From: Octopus vulgaris | Taxonomy: Eukaryota | Reading direction: 5' to 3' | Length of the DNA: 64,000 nt | Assembly (NCBI GenBank): GCA_951406725.2 | Contig: OX597831.1 | Location: forward strand, 74,648,001-74,712,000 | Shown: positions 41,346 to 54,821 of the stretch, piece after piece | How the letters are laid out: each line of letters opens with the position of its first letter | How positions within the stretch are numbered: the first letter of the stretch is position 1 | Position numbers and translations under genes: made by a program | The notes under the pieces: generated by a model | The model's input: the letters and a program-made list of their open reading frames with translations, nothing else | Told to the model about the DNA's origin: nothing | Database searches by the model: none

Positions 41346-42035
41346 ACAATGTATTTCTTTCTGTCCGAGAGCAATACAACAAGAGTTTAGATAAACATGT
41401 AGAAGCAAAATAAACACGACATTAGTAAGAAGGAAGTGAGACACGTACACAAACACCTGCTTATTAACAAAGCAGTAAATGACATTTACAACCCGACGAT
41501 GAACGATTTATTTTTTCTTCGTTTGGCTTTCTTTAGCTTTATCTTTGAAAGTATTCTTTTTTTTTATTAATTCATTTTAAACTGAATGTAGAGGCATTCG
41601 TGTGCGTTGCTGGCCATTTTATTATAAGTATATATTCACAAACGTTTACTCCTGTGTGTTTCTATGAGTGTTTTGCTTGTTTGCGTGTGTGTATGGATGT
41701 CTGGGTATTGTATTTATTATTAGATGAAGTTATAATATCACATTACAACTCGGAGTTACGCCAGGTTATGACTTTCATCGAATAATGTCCAAAAGTACGA
41801 GTACACATTTAGATACGGAGACATTGTAAGCTGTTATTTAAACACGGTACTAAGATTGCTTAATTAGGAACGGATAATAGAAAGTCGATTGCTATTGGCT
41901 ATTAAGGAATGCGCGATAAAATACATATATGTGAGTGTATATATGTAAACGGCCGTTTGATAATTTATACACCAATGTGTTGTTTTTATAACATGCGTGA
42001 ATGTGTGTGTGAGAGATAGTGTGTGTGTGTGCGTG

Positions 42036-42072
<37 letters not shown>

Positions 42073-42854
42073 AGACCACACCCAACAGAAAACTATTCCA
42101 CTGAGTGGCAAAAATGTATGCTTAAATTTCACACTACTGATTATTTTCTTTCAATATATATAGGCATAATCTTGTGATGAGAGGTTTTACTTCCCGACCA
42201 CATAGTTCCGAGTTCTGTCCCATTGCGTGCCATCTTGGGTAAGTGAATTTGGCAAACGGAAACTGAAAGAAAGCCCGTTGTATACATATACGTTACATAC
42301 ACACTATATATACATATATATATATATGTGTATCATTCAACTACGGTATTAGTTGAATAATATTCTTAAGGCCGCAATTTTCTCACACGCAGCATCTTTC
42401 AGAGCTTGAGCGCTAATTCAGTTCTTAATCAAATTGAAAACTGTTTAGCATTTTTGAAGAGGAATGGTCCCTAGCTACATTTTGGCAAAAAAAATTGAGA
42501 TTTGGTCCAGTAGGAAAAAGGTTTACATCAAAATTTGTAGCAACGCTATAGGAGAGTAAGTAACGCCACCAATCAAGTTTAGATCTAAATAACTTTTTTA
42601 TTTCAAAAGTAAAATATATTAATCTCATGCAATGGAGTTTTAAAAGAAGAAAAAGTTATGAGTGTTTGTTTCTCAAATCTGAGGTTGATAATATAGTTCT
42701 ATACTTTATTATGAATATAGATCTATATGGGGACTTTTAATACATGTCACCGGCGTCATTTATGTATGGAAAAAAATTATCAACGACACCGCTAATTGAT
42801 ACATGTGACGCATTATTAATTAGCTTAATAGCATAGCCTGGAAAAAAACATGGA

Positions 42855-43827
42855 TTACATGGAAAAATGCGAGCAAGAGAAATAATATTCTTAAAATTAT
42901 AAACCTGGAAAATTACAGGACAAGTTATTACACTTGGAAAAGTTCAGGACAACTTATTACATCTGGTAAAGTACAGAACAAGAAACATTTTTGCTTAAAA
43001 TATTGCAGCTAAGGATAAAATTTGAATATTAAAAATTATTTGATTTTAATTTACAAAGTAACATTATAATTGAAAAAGATACCATCATTTTGTTAAAATA
43101 TTGACACACTAGAATACTTAAAAAATGAGAGCCAGAAGTACCAATATAGCTAAAGTTTTATGCAAAGTAGAATAGTATATATGGTAGGCAAATTCATTAT
43201 GTAAAAAATAGGCATTGGGTCAAGACTAAAAATGTGAAGACTTGGCAATAATTTAGGCAATAACTCAAGCAAATTTTACTGTGAATTTGTTGTTATAGGT
43301 AGATTTTACTGTAATATATAACTAATGTTTGTATTTTTCTATTTATTATACTAATTATGTAGTACTATTATTTTTTATAACCTATTTTCAAATTTCGAAT
43401 TATTAATTGATAATTTAAAAAATGAATATTTTTATAGTGCAAAAATATTTTAATTGAGTTATCTTTTATTTTTAATAGAAGTAACAAGTAATAACAAATA
43501 GAAGCAATAACTTGTAATAAAATTTTTTAGTTTTAATAAAAGCTAATATTTTCCAAATCTAAATATATTATTGGAAATTTTATCCTTAGCTGCAATATTT
43601 TAGGTAATAAATACCCGCTTTTGATATAAACTGCACCGCAAAATGTGGGAGTAGTTAGGAATCTAAATCATAGGAGACAGACACACAACTTCACTTTTTT
43701 ATATAAAGATAACTTGTGCTGAACTTTTCCATGTGAACTTTTCCATGTGTAATAACTTTCCCTGTAATTTTCTAGGTTTATAATCTTAAGAACGTTATTT
43801 CTCTTGCTCGCATTCTCCCATGCAATT
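42855..43827. mobile_element. AT-rich long-inverted-repeat element containing a Helitron-like 5' end
   Basis: Outer IR aatgcgagcaagagaaataa...ggaaaagttca (42855-42960) versus 43710-43827. Inner IR aaaatattgcagctaaggataaaattt (~42997) versus ~43577-43602. Minus-strand TCTTTATATAAAAAAGTGAAGTTGT from 43709 resembles the 24613 Helitron start. Confidence 0.75.
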
Positions 43828-43914
43828 ATAAATGAAAATTAAAGAATAAATACTTCTGCAACGATTGGACAATAACTTGTCCAATCAGATTAATGATATA
43901 ACATGGAGATACAT

Positions 43915-44297
43915 AGGCGCAGGAGTGGCTGTGTGGTAAGTAGCTTGCTAACCAACCACATGCGTGGCATCTTGGGCAAGTGTCTTCTACTATAGCCTCG
44001 GGCCGACCAAAGCCTTGTGAGTGGATTTGGTAGACGGAAACTGAAAGAAGTCCGTTGTGTATATGTATATATATATATGTATGTATGTGTATATGTTTGT
44101 GTGTCTGTGTTTGTCCCCCCAACATCGCTTGACAACCGATGCTAGTGTGTTTACGTGCCCGTAACTTAGTTCGGCAAAAGAGACCGATAGAATAAGTACT
44201 GGGCTTACAAAGAATAAGTCCTGGGGTGGATTTGCTCGACTAAAGGCGGTGCTCCAGCATGGCCGCAGTTAAATGACTGAAACAAGTAAAAGAGTAA
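43915..44297 (+). mobile_element. SINE family A
   Basis: Collinear with 19377, with a small deletion in the head. Confidence 0.9.
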
Positions 44298-44299
44298 AT

Positions 44300-44670
44300 A
44301 AGTTACGTCACTTGAAAGTTGTTTGATCAAACAAATTATGCCAGTCTAAGCATGTCTGATGACACAAGTCAAATGTTACTTTAAGCATGCTGGATCAAAT
44401 AAGCCATGACACTTGAAAAACGCTTCGTAGAAGACATTACGCCATTTTAAAAAAGTTCTATCAAACAAGTTATGCGGCTTTAAACATGTTTTATCAAAGT
44501 AATTGTGTCACCTTTTAAAATGTTTTTTTTTTTACCAAAGCAAGTTTTGTCGCTTTAAACATGATTCACCAAAACAAATGATCTTACTCGAGACAGGTTT
44601 CATCGGACAGATCGTCGCTTTAAAGACGTTTGATCAAAGAAGAAGTTGTGTTGTTTGAAGCATGTTTTGA
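44300..44670. repeat. Degenerate ~33-bp minisatellite, about 11 units
   Basis: Approximate consensus aagttatgtcactttaaacatgtttgatcaaac. Confidence 0.7.
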
Positions 44671-44721
44671 TGATGCTGCTGCTGCTACTGTTGGTGATGA
44701 CGATGGTGATGATGGTGGTGG

Positions 44722-44776
<55 letters not shown>

Positions 44777-45125
44777 GGTGATGATGATGGTGATGACGAT
44801 GACGATGGTGATGTTGTTGATGATGATGATGATGATGATGAAGAGGAGGAGGAAGAGCAGGAGATAGAAGATAAAGAAAAGGATGACGACGATGAAAATA
44901 AAACTGATGATGATGATGATGATGATGATGACGATGACGAAATGACGATGATGATGATGATGATCACGATGACGACGAAGACGTCATTGACAATAATGAG
45001 TGTGATCATAAAGGGGAGGAGGAGGAGGAGGAGGAGTAGAAGCTTGAGGAGGTGCAGGACGACGACGACGACAGAGATGGCGCCGAAGCCGACGCCGGTT
45101 CTGACGCTGACGATGACGATATTGT
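44670..45125. repeat. (GAT/GGT/GAC/GAG)n compound array
   Basis: Directly visible. Confidence 0.95.
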
Positions 45126-45594
45126 GGTCATGACTACCAAATTAATGTCGTCTAATTCAATTGTTAGACTGGAGAGAAATTTGCAAAACAGCAAAAAAAG
45201 GACAAAATACAAAAACAAAAAACAAAACAAAACTTGACCAGACATCCATCCATCAATGCATTTTATCCGTCTCTGTCTTAATCAATAGATCCAGCCATCG
45301 ATCCATCCAATTAATACATTCATAGATCCATAGATCCAGTGATGCATTGATCTCTGTGTCTATTCAGTCATCCATCCATCCATCTATCCGTACATACATA
45401 CATACATACATACATACATACATACATACATACATAAGTATATACACATATATACATATATGCATAAGTACAAACATGAGCAAATACGTACGTACATATG
45501 TACACACGTACATATATACACACACACACATATACATATATATATAATATAAATACACACATACACACACACAAACACACACACACACACACAG

Positions 45595-45637
<43 letters not shown>

Positions 45638-45876
45638 TGCATACATACGCCAAACATTCATACTTACATATATATATATATATATACACACACATAAATA
45701 CATTTATACATACATACGTGCATAGATAAATCCCTCCATCCTTACACATCCCTCCATCCGTTCTTCCATACACCTACCAATCTACATACATACATACACA
45801 CAAGTACATACATACATACATACATACATACATACATACATGTATCGTATATACATGAATACAATTTACAATATAT

Positions 45877-46030
45877 AGGCGCAGACGTGGGTGTGTGGTA
45901 AGAAGTTTGCTTCCCAACCACATGGTTCCGGGTTCAGTCCCACTGCATGTCACCCTGTGCAAGTGTCTTCTACTATGTATGTATGTATCGGCCTTGTGAT
46001 TGGATTTGGTTGACGGAAACTGAAAGAAGC

Positions 46031-46075
<45 letters not shown>

Positions 46076-46292
46076 GATATGTATGCATGTATGTATCTTT
46101 GTTTTTGTCCTCCATCACCGCTTGACAACCGGTGTTGGTGTGATTACGTCCTCGTAATCTAGCAGCTCAACAAAAAAAAAACCGACAGAATAAGCATCAC
46201 GCTTAAAAATATTAATAATGGTGTCAGTTGTTCGATTAAAAAAATTCTTCATGATGGTGCTCTAGCATGGCCTCAATCTAATGACTGAAACC
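45877..46292 (+). mobile_element. SINE family A, diverged
   Basis: Head, core and tail blocks are recognisable. Confidence 0.85.
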
Positions 46293-46294
46293 AC

Positions 46295-46357
<63 letters not shown>

Positions 46358-46358
46358 T

Positions 46359-48497
46359 AGGCGCAGGAGTGGCTGTGTGGTAAGTAGCTTGTTTTCCAAC
46401 CACTTGGACATGGGTTCAGTCCCACTGCGTGGCACCTTGGGCAAGTGTCTTCTACTATAGCCTTGTGAGTGGATTTGGTAGACGGAAACTGAAAGAAGCC
46501 CGTCGTATATATGTATATATATATGTATGTGTGGTGATTATAAACAAGAAAAAAGCAACAAGAATGGATTAGTTGTTCAGTACAATTGTTTCATACGAAG
46601 AACAGCTTTATTAAAAGCTGCAAATATTGCAGCAAATACAAGTGTCCCGTATTCATCAGCCAAAACACATATAAGTTTTCGAAACATCCTAGGGGGTGAG
46701 GCTACACTCATGAAGTATCGAAGAGAGTTCTATAAAAAGCAAAGTTAGATTGTAAGCAGACTTCAAAAGTTCTCTAATGATGCACAGTTTTATAAAAGGT
46801 TTTAAAAAGTTTGTTAGCTTCACAGAAAAGGTAAATCCATCCATAATAATGCAGGTGTAATTTCCGGAGATATGAGGAGATATTTCATACTCAGAGACGA
46901 TGAATTTATCCATAATAATGTAGATGTATTTCCTGATATATGAGAAGATGCTGATCACATTTCTGTTCATTTCACAAAACTACTATGTTGGAATTATATT
47001 GGCTAAAAGAAAACCGCCCAAATAGGGCATTATGGGACAACTGAGAGGAAGGGGTGTAAGTACACAACCTACACAGAATAGTTTATTTCTGTGGTGACAG
47101 AAAATCTAGGTCAGAGTTGCAGGAATTTGAGATTTATAAAAGAGAACATTACTATTGACCAGCATCCAGCTGTTAACTGCCAATCCTACAGAGTTAAAAG
47201 CAGATATAAGAATATAAAGAGAACAAAAGAAAGTATCAAAGGGGTCAAAGGCTATCAGTAGAGGAAAAAACATTAAGAGGTTTAAGTGCAATACTAGAAC
47301 AGGAGGTTATTTATTTATTTATTATTGTTTCTATTTATACAAATATTTATACTTTGTAAGACAGACTTTAGGTCTATACCTAGAGGTCAATTAGTTTCTA
47401 TAGTAAAAGGTGTGAGAGTATTGTTTATTCAAAAATTAGTGAAAATTCCTTATATTATTATTAAGAGAGTAGCATTACTTATTAAACTTAGAATAGAATT
47501 ATGAAGTATTAGCAACTTATTTGATTTAAGTTGGGTTAATTAAATTAGATTAAAATTAGATTAAATTAAATTAACTATATAGTCAATTAAAATTTCTTTG
47601 GCAACGTACAAATACCATTTATTTCTTTGTGTTCTAAACCAGGTACAGTTAGAAAGAAAGAACACCAGTGGAAGAGCTCACAGATATCTATTTAAAATAC
47701 GATTATTCTATACGATTTTTATTTAAAATATTTAAGAATCTTAATTTTCGCGTGAATACAAGATGGACCTAATTCTATACGGTTATTTAACAAATTTTTT
47801 TTTTTCTATGCCTTAGAATTTCATATGTCTCCATGGAGCAGAGTTGGCAACCTACCCTGTTATTTCTATAAGGCATCGCTCTTCTAACTATTTCCCAATT
47901 AAGGTTATATTTAATATTATTATTTTTGAGTTCCCAGATCTTACTTGAAAGTGTGGTGCAACCAGCTTTGTGACGTAACTTAAATGAGGAGATATGGTTG
48001 CTTGTATTTGTATTAAATGAGGAGATATGGACACTTGTATTTGCTGCAATATTTGCAGCTTTTAATAAAGCTGTTCTTCATATGAAACAATTGTACTGAA
48101 CAACTAATCCATTCTTGTTGCTTTTTTCTTGTTTATAATCACCCCACATTATTTTATGGTGAATACCATAAAGATTTCTGGTGCATCTTAGTTAAGTACC
48201 GCATTCATGTGAATTCATTGGAACTCACTTGAATCTTAATTGTTTTTACTGAAAATATATGTATGTGTGTGTATATGTTTGTGTGTCTGTATTTGTCCCA
48301 TCGAACATCGCTTGACAACCGATGCTGGTGTGTTTATGTCCCCGTCACTTAGCGGTTCGGCAAAAGAGACCGATAGAATAAGTACTGGGCTTACAAAGAA
48401 AAAGTCCCGGGGTCGAGTTGCTCGATTAAAGGCGGTACTCCAGGCATGGCCGCAGTCAAATGACTGAAACAAGTAAAAGAGTAAACGAGTAAAAAGA
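46359..48497 (+). mobile_element. SINE family A split by a 1.7-kb insert
   Basis: 5' half at 46359-46530 and 3' half at 48255-48497. Confidence 0.9.
46531..48255. mobile_element. Non-coding AT-rich insert with 115-bp inverted repeats
   Basis: 46533-46647 and 48029-48143 are reverse-complementary with one mismatch seen; the right arm extends ~110 bp further. Confidence 0.85.
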
Positions 48498-48563
<66 letters not shown>

Positions 48564-48613
48564 AAGCTCTGGTAGTGTGTAGAGTTAGGATATTTCCAGT
48601 GAAGATAGAAAGA

Positions 48614-48653
<40 letters not shown>

Positions 48654-48707
48654 TAGACAGACAGACAGACAGATAAATAGATAGACAGACACATACATGT
48701 ATGTATA

Positions 48708-50236
48708 TAGAGAGCGTCAGTTTTTTGAGATCTACTCTTTTATTCTAATTTCTTTTTACCTTACTTTTCTGATAAATAATATTTTCTACTATTGGCACAA
48801 GGCCTGAAATTTTGGGTGGGTGGGCAAATCTTAATTTATCGACCCCGAAAGAATGAAAGCCAAAGTTGACCGTGACCGAATGTGAACTCAGAACATAGCG
48901 GCAGACGAAATACTCCTAAGCATTTCACCTTGCTAACGATTCTGCCAGCTCGCCGCCTTACTTTTCTGATAAAACCGTCCGAGGTGGTCGTGCACATCTT
49001 TACATTTCCCCAGTCACCTCGCAAAGCCATTAAAAAATCAATATAAGTGACTTTTTTGTGAATTTTCTATCCAAAACCCAATCAAAATGCCCGAAACTTG
49101 ATACGCCAATTGAATGCCAGCTAGCTGTATGTGATTGGTCGGAGATTTGGACACTACTCGCGTGTATGTACGCACGCACGCAGCTGTATATGCTGTAATG
49201 TATAAAAATCCTGGAAAGTCAATCGGAGCCATTAAAAAGGACCTCAAGATTTCAAAATGCACGATCGGAAGAGTCGTATGTGATTCGGAAGGCCCAATTC
49301 ACGTTGGATGTTACAAGAGAAAATTGTGTAATCCGTGCAAAGCACTTACTAAACAAGTTAAAGCACCAAGATTACTGAAATGCTTTGGTTTTTCTCCAAC
49401 GAAAAAAACCTTTGATCCTGTAAATCGAAAGGCAGGCCCGAAGGAACGTCATGTAGCTATAAAGAGACCCGAGTAAAGTTCAGACGTTCATGCATACTCA
49501 GTTCTTAGCATCTGTGATTCTTCTGGGAGTTGACAGCAATAAGGGAGATGTCAAACCCTCACTTTTAAGGGCTTAAGAGTCAATGCTGCTGTCTACACAG
49601 TGGTTTTGGAGAAAGTTGCAAAGATTTGTATAGACAGAGTACGTATCGGATGACCGTACACCTTATGACCTCCTATCTCACCAGACTTCCATCCTTTCTA
49701 TTATAGGCACAAGGCCTGAAATTTGGGGGTGGAGGATAGTCGATCACATCGACCCCATTACTCAACTGGTACTTATTTAATCGACCACGAAATGATGAAA
49801 GGAAAAGTCGACCTCGGCAGAATTTGAACTCAGAACATAGCTGCAGACGAAATACTGCTAAGCATTTCATCCGGCGTGCTACCGATTCTGCCAGTTCGCC
49901 GCCTTACCAGACTTCCATCCACTAGACTATTACGCATGGCGCCTAGTCAAGAGAAGAGTTAATCAACACTCCCAAAACATCATACAATCTCTCAAGTCCG
50001 CCATAACTAGCACTCTGCCCAAAATTGATAAAGATCATCTGATGCGGGCCTGTCAACACTTCCGACCCCGTATTGAAGCAGCAATTGATGCTAACGGTGG
50101 ATTCATTGAATAGGCGTGTAAAAGGGTCCCCACGATTATTTGTGCCATTTTGTTTTCGAATGCAGCTTTTCTTTGATGAGCCACGCGTCTGTTTCTGAAT
50201 TCATTGAAACGACCTCAAAAAAACTGACGCACCGCT
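48708..50236 (+). mobile_element. Decayed maT/DD37D-like Tc1/mariner transposon with two nested SINE B copies
   Basis: TIR gcgtcagtttttttgag / ctcaaaaaaactgacgc. Remnants WFFSNEK, MHTQFLASVILLGV, GLRVNAAVY and PPISPDFHPLDYYAW...RACQHFRPRIEAAIDANGGFIE*. SINE TSDs at 48763-48776/48960-48973 and 49680-49694/49906-49920. Confidence 0.85.
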
Positions 50237-50517
50237 CAAATTGTTTCCTTGCCCTATAAGGGACTGAAATCACAACCTACCTCACTCCACAACCGGACAC
50301 CAATCCGTCGTAGGCTTCACTCCCCTGCAGCTGAGTGGAGTGGATTACCGGGAAACGAAGGGTTTCGCTCAGGAACATAACGTACCAGCCGGTCGGGGAA
50401 CCGAAACCCTGGGGCTTGCCGTCACGAATGCAACAGCGTAACAGCTGGACGCACGCGCAGACATGTACTCATAAAAATCTATTATGTATGTTTGTATGTG
50501 TATGTTCAAGGGTGTAT

Positions 50518-50568
<51 letters not shown>

Positions 50569-50739
50569 AGAGATAGATATATTTGATGCAGAAGACTAAA
50601 CAAAATGAAACAAACAGAAGCTGACTTGTACAACAACAACATCAACAAGAAACAAACAAGCAACGAAAGCGATGAACACATCTTTCATTGATGTTGCACT
50701 TGATGTCCTCACAAACTGTTTGTTCTCCGATATTGTATT

Positions 50740-52360
50740 GTAGCGACGGCGATGGCGACGGCGGTTACGTGAACGGTGCGGGTGTAGGTGGTAGTGGTGG
50801 TGGTGGCGGTGGCTACTGTGGTGGGGGAGATGGTGGTGGTGGTGGTCGTGGTGTTGGGGATATTTGATGACATTTTGGTGTAGTACGGTGCATGATGTGG
50901 TGGTGGTGCACTGTGGTGGTGGTGGTGGTGATGGTGGTGGTGATGGTGGTGGTGATGGTGTGGTGGTGTGGTGGAAATGGTAGTGGTGGTGGTGGTGGTG
51001 GTGGTGGTGGTGGTGGTGATGGTGGTGGTGGTGATGGTGGAAATGGTAGTGGTGGTGGTGATGGTGATGGTAGTGCACGTGATGATGGTGCAGGTGATGG
51101 TGGTGGTGGTGATGGTGATAGTGGTGGTGATGATGGTGGTGGTGGTGGTGGTGGTGATAGTGGTGGTGGTGGTGGTGATGGTGGTGGTGGGTGGTGATGG
51201 TGGTGGTGGTGGTGGTGGTGATGGTAGTGACGGTCGTGATGGTGATGGTGGTGAAGGTGATGGTGGTGGCGATGGTGGTGGTGATGGTGGTGGTGGTGGT
51301 GGTGGTGGTGGTGGTGGTGGTGGTGGTGGTGGTAGTGGTGGTGATGGTGGTGGTGGTGGTGGTGGTGAAGGTGATGGTGGTGGCGATGGTGGTGGTGGTG
51401 GTGGTGGTAGTGACGTGGAGGAGCTTGGTGAATTACTGCCTGGAACGGTTGTGGTGGTGGTATTGCTGATGGCGTTTGGTGTCGCGTTGTGGTGGAAGTA
51501 GTGGTAATATAGTTAGGTGGTAGTTCTTCTGTTATTGTTGCTGTTGTTGTTGGTTGCTAATGGTGGTGGTGTGGGTGCTAGTAATGGTACGGATGGTGCT
51601 ATTGGTGGAATGATGGCGTTTATGGTATAGAACCAGTCCTGTATGGTATAGGCAGAGGTGGTGGTGGATAAGGTGATAGAGACTGATGGTGGTGGTGGTG
51701 GTGGTGGTGGTGGTGGTGGTGGTGGTGGTGGTGGTGTTGTTATTGGTTGCTAATGGTGGTGGTGGTGGTGGCTAGTGATGGTACGGATGGTGCTATTGGT
51801 GGAAATGGTAGTGGTGGTGGCGGTGGTGATGGTGGTGGTGGAAATGGTAGTGGTGGTGGCGGTGGTGATGGTGGTGGTGGAAATGGTAGTGGTGGTGGTA
51901 GTGATGGTGGTGGTGGTGGTTGCGATGGTGGAAATGGTAGTGGTAGTGATGTGGTGGTAGTGGTGGTGGTGGTGGTGGTGGTAGTGGTGGTGGTGGTGGT
52001 GGTGGTGGTGGTGGAAATGGTGATGGTGGTGGTGGAAATGGTAGTGGTGGTGGTGATGGTGGAAATGGTAGTGGTAGTGATGTGGTGGTAGTGTTGGTGG
52101 TGGTAGTGGTGGTGGTGGTGGTGGTGGTGGTGGTGGTGGCGGTGGCGGTGGTGATGGTGGTGGTGGAAATGGTAGTGGTGGTGGTAGTGATGGTGGTGGT
52201 GGTGGTTGTGATGGGGGAAATAGTAGTGGTAGTGATGGTGGTGGTAGTGGTGGTGGTGGTGGTGGTGATGGTGGAAATGGTAGTGGTGGTGGTGGTGGCG
52301 ATGGTAGTGGTGGTTGTGGTGGTAATAGTGGTGGTAATAGTGGTGCGGTGGAGGTGAGGT
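50740..52360. repeat. 1.6-kb (GGT)n-based compound array
   Basis: Directly visible; higher-order GGAAATGGTAGT units and an internal duplication (~51545 versus ~51740). Confidence 0.95.
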
Positions 52361-52722
52361 GTGCTAGAGTACAATCGGGAATGTTTCAAACGGTGGGAGT
52401 GATAGTTGGAGTTAGTTAAACTCATTAGATAGGAGTTAATTATAATTAGTTAAGAAGATTTGTTTCGGATGAAGAAGATTGCAATCAAATTTTCTTTTTT
52501 TCAATCTATTTAACTATTGTTGTTGTTGTCATTAAGAATCATCATCACCATCCTCATGATCATCATCGTCATTATCATTCATCATCATCATTATCATTAT
52601 TAGTATTATTATTTACATTAGTATTAGTATTAATATTATTACTATTATTAGTAAAGTTAGTTTATATTTTTATTAATATTATTTTTACTGTTATTATTAT
52701 CCTGACCCTGTGCTAAAATCAT

Positions 52723-52776
<54 letters not shown>

Positions 52777-52797
52777 TAGTAGTTGTTGTTGTTGTAG

Positions 52798-52830
<33 letters not shown>

Positions 52831-53084
52831 GTGGTGGTGGTGGTGGTGGTGGTGACAGTTGGTGGATGTTAAGGCTGTAATTATCGGGTAGATAAGGAAT
52901 TATTTGTGAATGTAGTAGTGGTAGAGGTGGTGGTGGTGGTGGTGCTGGTGGTGACAAGGGCTGGTGTGGTGTCGGCGAACTGTAGTGGGGGCACAAGTGA
53001 TAAACTCTGCTAGAATCAATTTAGTTGTGTCACAATCAATATGAATTTTTAAAAGATAATTACACTTAGATCCATCCATATATA

Positions 53085-53632
53085 CAGGGTTAGTCAAAAA
53101 GAATGAACCGATTTCATTATGCAATATTTTAATAAGGAAAAGCAATAGAAAGCTCCAGCTGAGTCCCAAGTATTTACTCACAATCAGCTTTTATTTCCTG
53201 TTTTACAAAGTGTCCAATGTGGCCACCACCTGCAGCACGGACAACATTAATGCGATAAGAGAATCCCTCCCAGACGCGTATCAGCATATCAAAAGCAAGT
53301 TCATTATGGAACTGAAAAATAAATTTGCTTTGCTTAAGGCGATTCCAGAAGGTATTGACATAGAAGCGAAATGGAAAAACTTGGATAAATCATTCAACCA
53401 GACGGCCAAAGAAGTAGTAACCGGATCGTGATATGCTGATACGCGTCTGGGAGGGATTCTCTTATCGCATTGATGTTGCCCGTGCTGTAGGTGGTGCACA
53501 CATTGAACCCTTTCTAAGACAGGGAATAAAAGTTGATTGTGAGTAAATACTTGTGACTTAGCTGGAGTTTTCTGTTGCTTTACCTTATTAAAATATTGCA
53601 AAATGAAATCGGTTCATTCTTTCAAATAACCT

Positions 53633-53634
<2 letters not shown>
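53085..53634. mobile_element. Fold-back MITE made of two inverted Tc1/mariner 3' ends around a LINE-like spacer
   Basis: ~206-bp arms at 53085-53291 and 53429-53634, starting TA|CAGGGT. The arm encodes DMLIRVWEGFSYRIDVARAVGGAHIE; the spacer encodes FIMELKNKFALL...IDIEAKWKNL. Confidence 0.88.
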
Positions 53635-53663
<29 letters not shown>

Positions 53664-53734
53664 ATGTATGTATGTATGTATGCATGTATGTATGTATGTA
53701 TGTATGTATGTATGTATGTAGAGTACAACACATT

Positions 53735-54112
53735 TACCCCTCCGCAAAAAATCGCAAATTTTATTTAATGTGATTTTGCGGGAAGGACTGTTTCAATGAA
53801 GTCGTGTCTCGCCTTTACCTTCGAAACGCGGAGTAGATGAAACAGAGGCGGCTGAAGAAGGGGAATTTTCCTTGTGTTGTATGTCTTGTACTCTATTTTT
53901 TCGTTGTTTAAGAAACAACTCCGAAATCTGGCGCTTGCGTTCCTCATTGTGCTTGCGTTCCTCATTGAACACCTCCAATGATCTTGGCCATCAGCTCGGT
54001 CTTGCTATTACAGGCAGAGCGGTTATTGTCTTTCTCAAGTACGTTCCACATGTAGTAACCCGTGGCATTACAATCGGATTACAATCGGGGGAATTAGGAG
54101 GACAGAAAGATT
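53735..54112 (-). mobile_element. maT/DD37D-like transposase 3' remnant
   Basis: Minus strand FCPPNSPDCNP...YYMWNVLEKDNNRSACNSKTELMAKI. Confidence 0.65.
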
Positions 54113-54149
54113 AACACCCACCCAGCACCCCTCTGGCAACCTAACCACA

Positions 54150-54790
54150 CTTTCCATTTCTCAGGAAGTTTTCTGCTGTGGTTGACCCAAGATTTAGCAA
54201 ATCACAGAAATGTTCCTTCAAGCAATCAAGACTGTCCTGCCGGTCAGTTAGGACGTTAACATTGTCTGCTGCAAGCAGAATGTCATTTGACGACTTCACA
54301 GGACCAAACAGTTGTTTGATGCCAGCACAGAAATGCCTAAAATCTTAGGTGTCAGCATTCTGTTGGAACGCCTTTACTTTCTGTCGCCACCGAGCGTTCT
54401 GCAGCTTCCCTCAGCCAAATTTAGCACCTTTGTTTGATCTTCTTGTAACGAGTTTCCTTAAACCTCAATCTTGAACCTTGTTCATGAGATAACCGGGCCT
54501 TTAGTTTTTCATCAAACGATTTCCTCCCCTTTGTCTTCAAACAAGTTTTGGTTCTTTCTTTTGGAGAATCCGATATTACATTTAGCAGCTTCGGAGATGA
54601 TGTTTTTTCAAGGAAGACCATTCTTCTTCTAAAGTTTGATTATCTACAAAGCTGGAGTTGATCTTATCGCGGAAGGAATTTTGATTACTGATTCCACACT
54701 GGTGGTCCTCGAGTTTTGGGATGAGGCAGCATAGTGGAACCTTGGTTTTTTGCAGATGGTAATTTTCATACTCGAGATGACCAGACAGCG
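54150..54790 (-). mobile_element. Decayed RTE-like LINE, EN-RT linker region
   Basis: AAKCNIGFSKRKNQNLFED...WRQKVKAFQQNAD...GIKQLFGP...LTDRQDSLDCLKEHFCDLLN. Confidence 0.7.

Positions 54791-54821
<31 letters not shown>

Noticed and set aside
44630-45133. Asp-rich biomineralisation-type protein (also 26953-27252 and 58225-58734)
   Set aside because: (GAT)n arrays that drift between poly-D and poly-M frames, with no unique coding flank.
46645-46700. Hammerhead near the left inverted repeat
   Set aside because: CTGATGA is on the minus strand and CGAAAC on the plus strand, so no single-strand fold exists.
50892-52357. Glycine-rich structural protein gene
   Set aside because: Frames shift freely, there is no signal peptide or splice structure, and similar arrays recur through the window.
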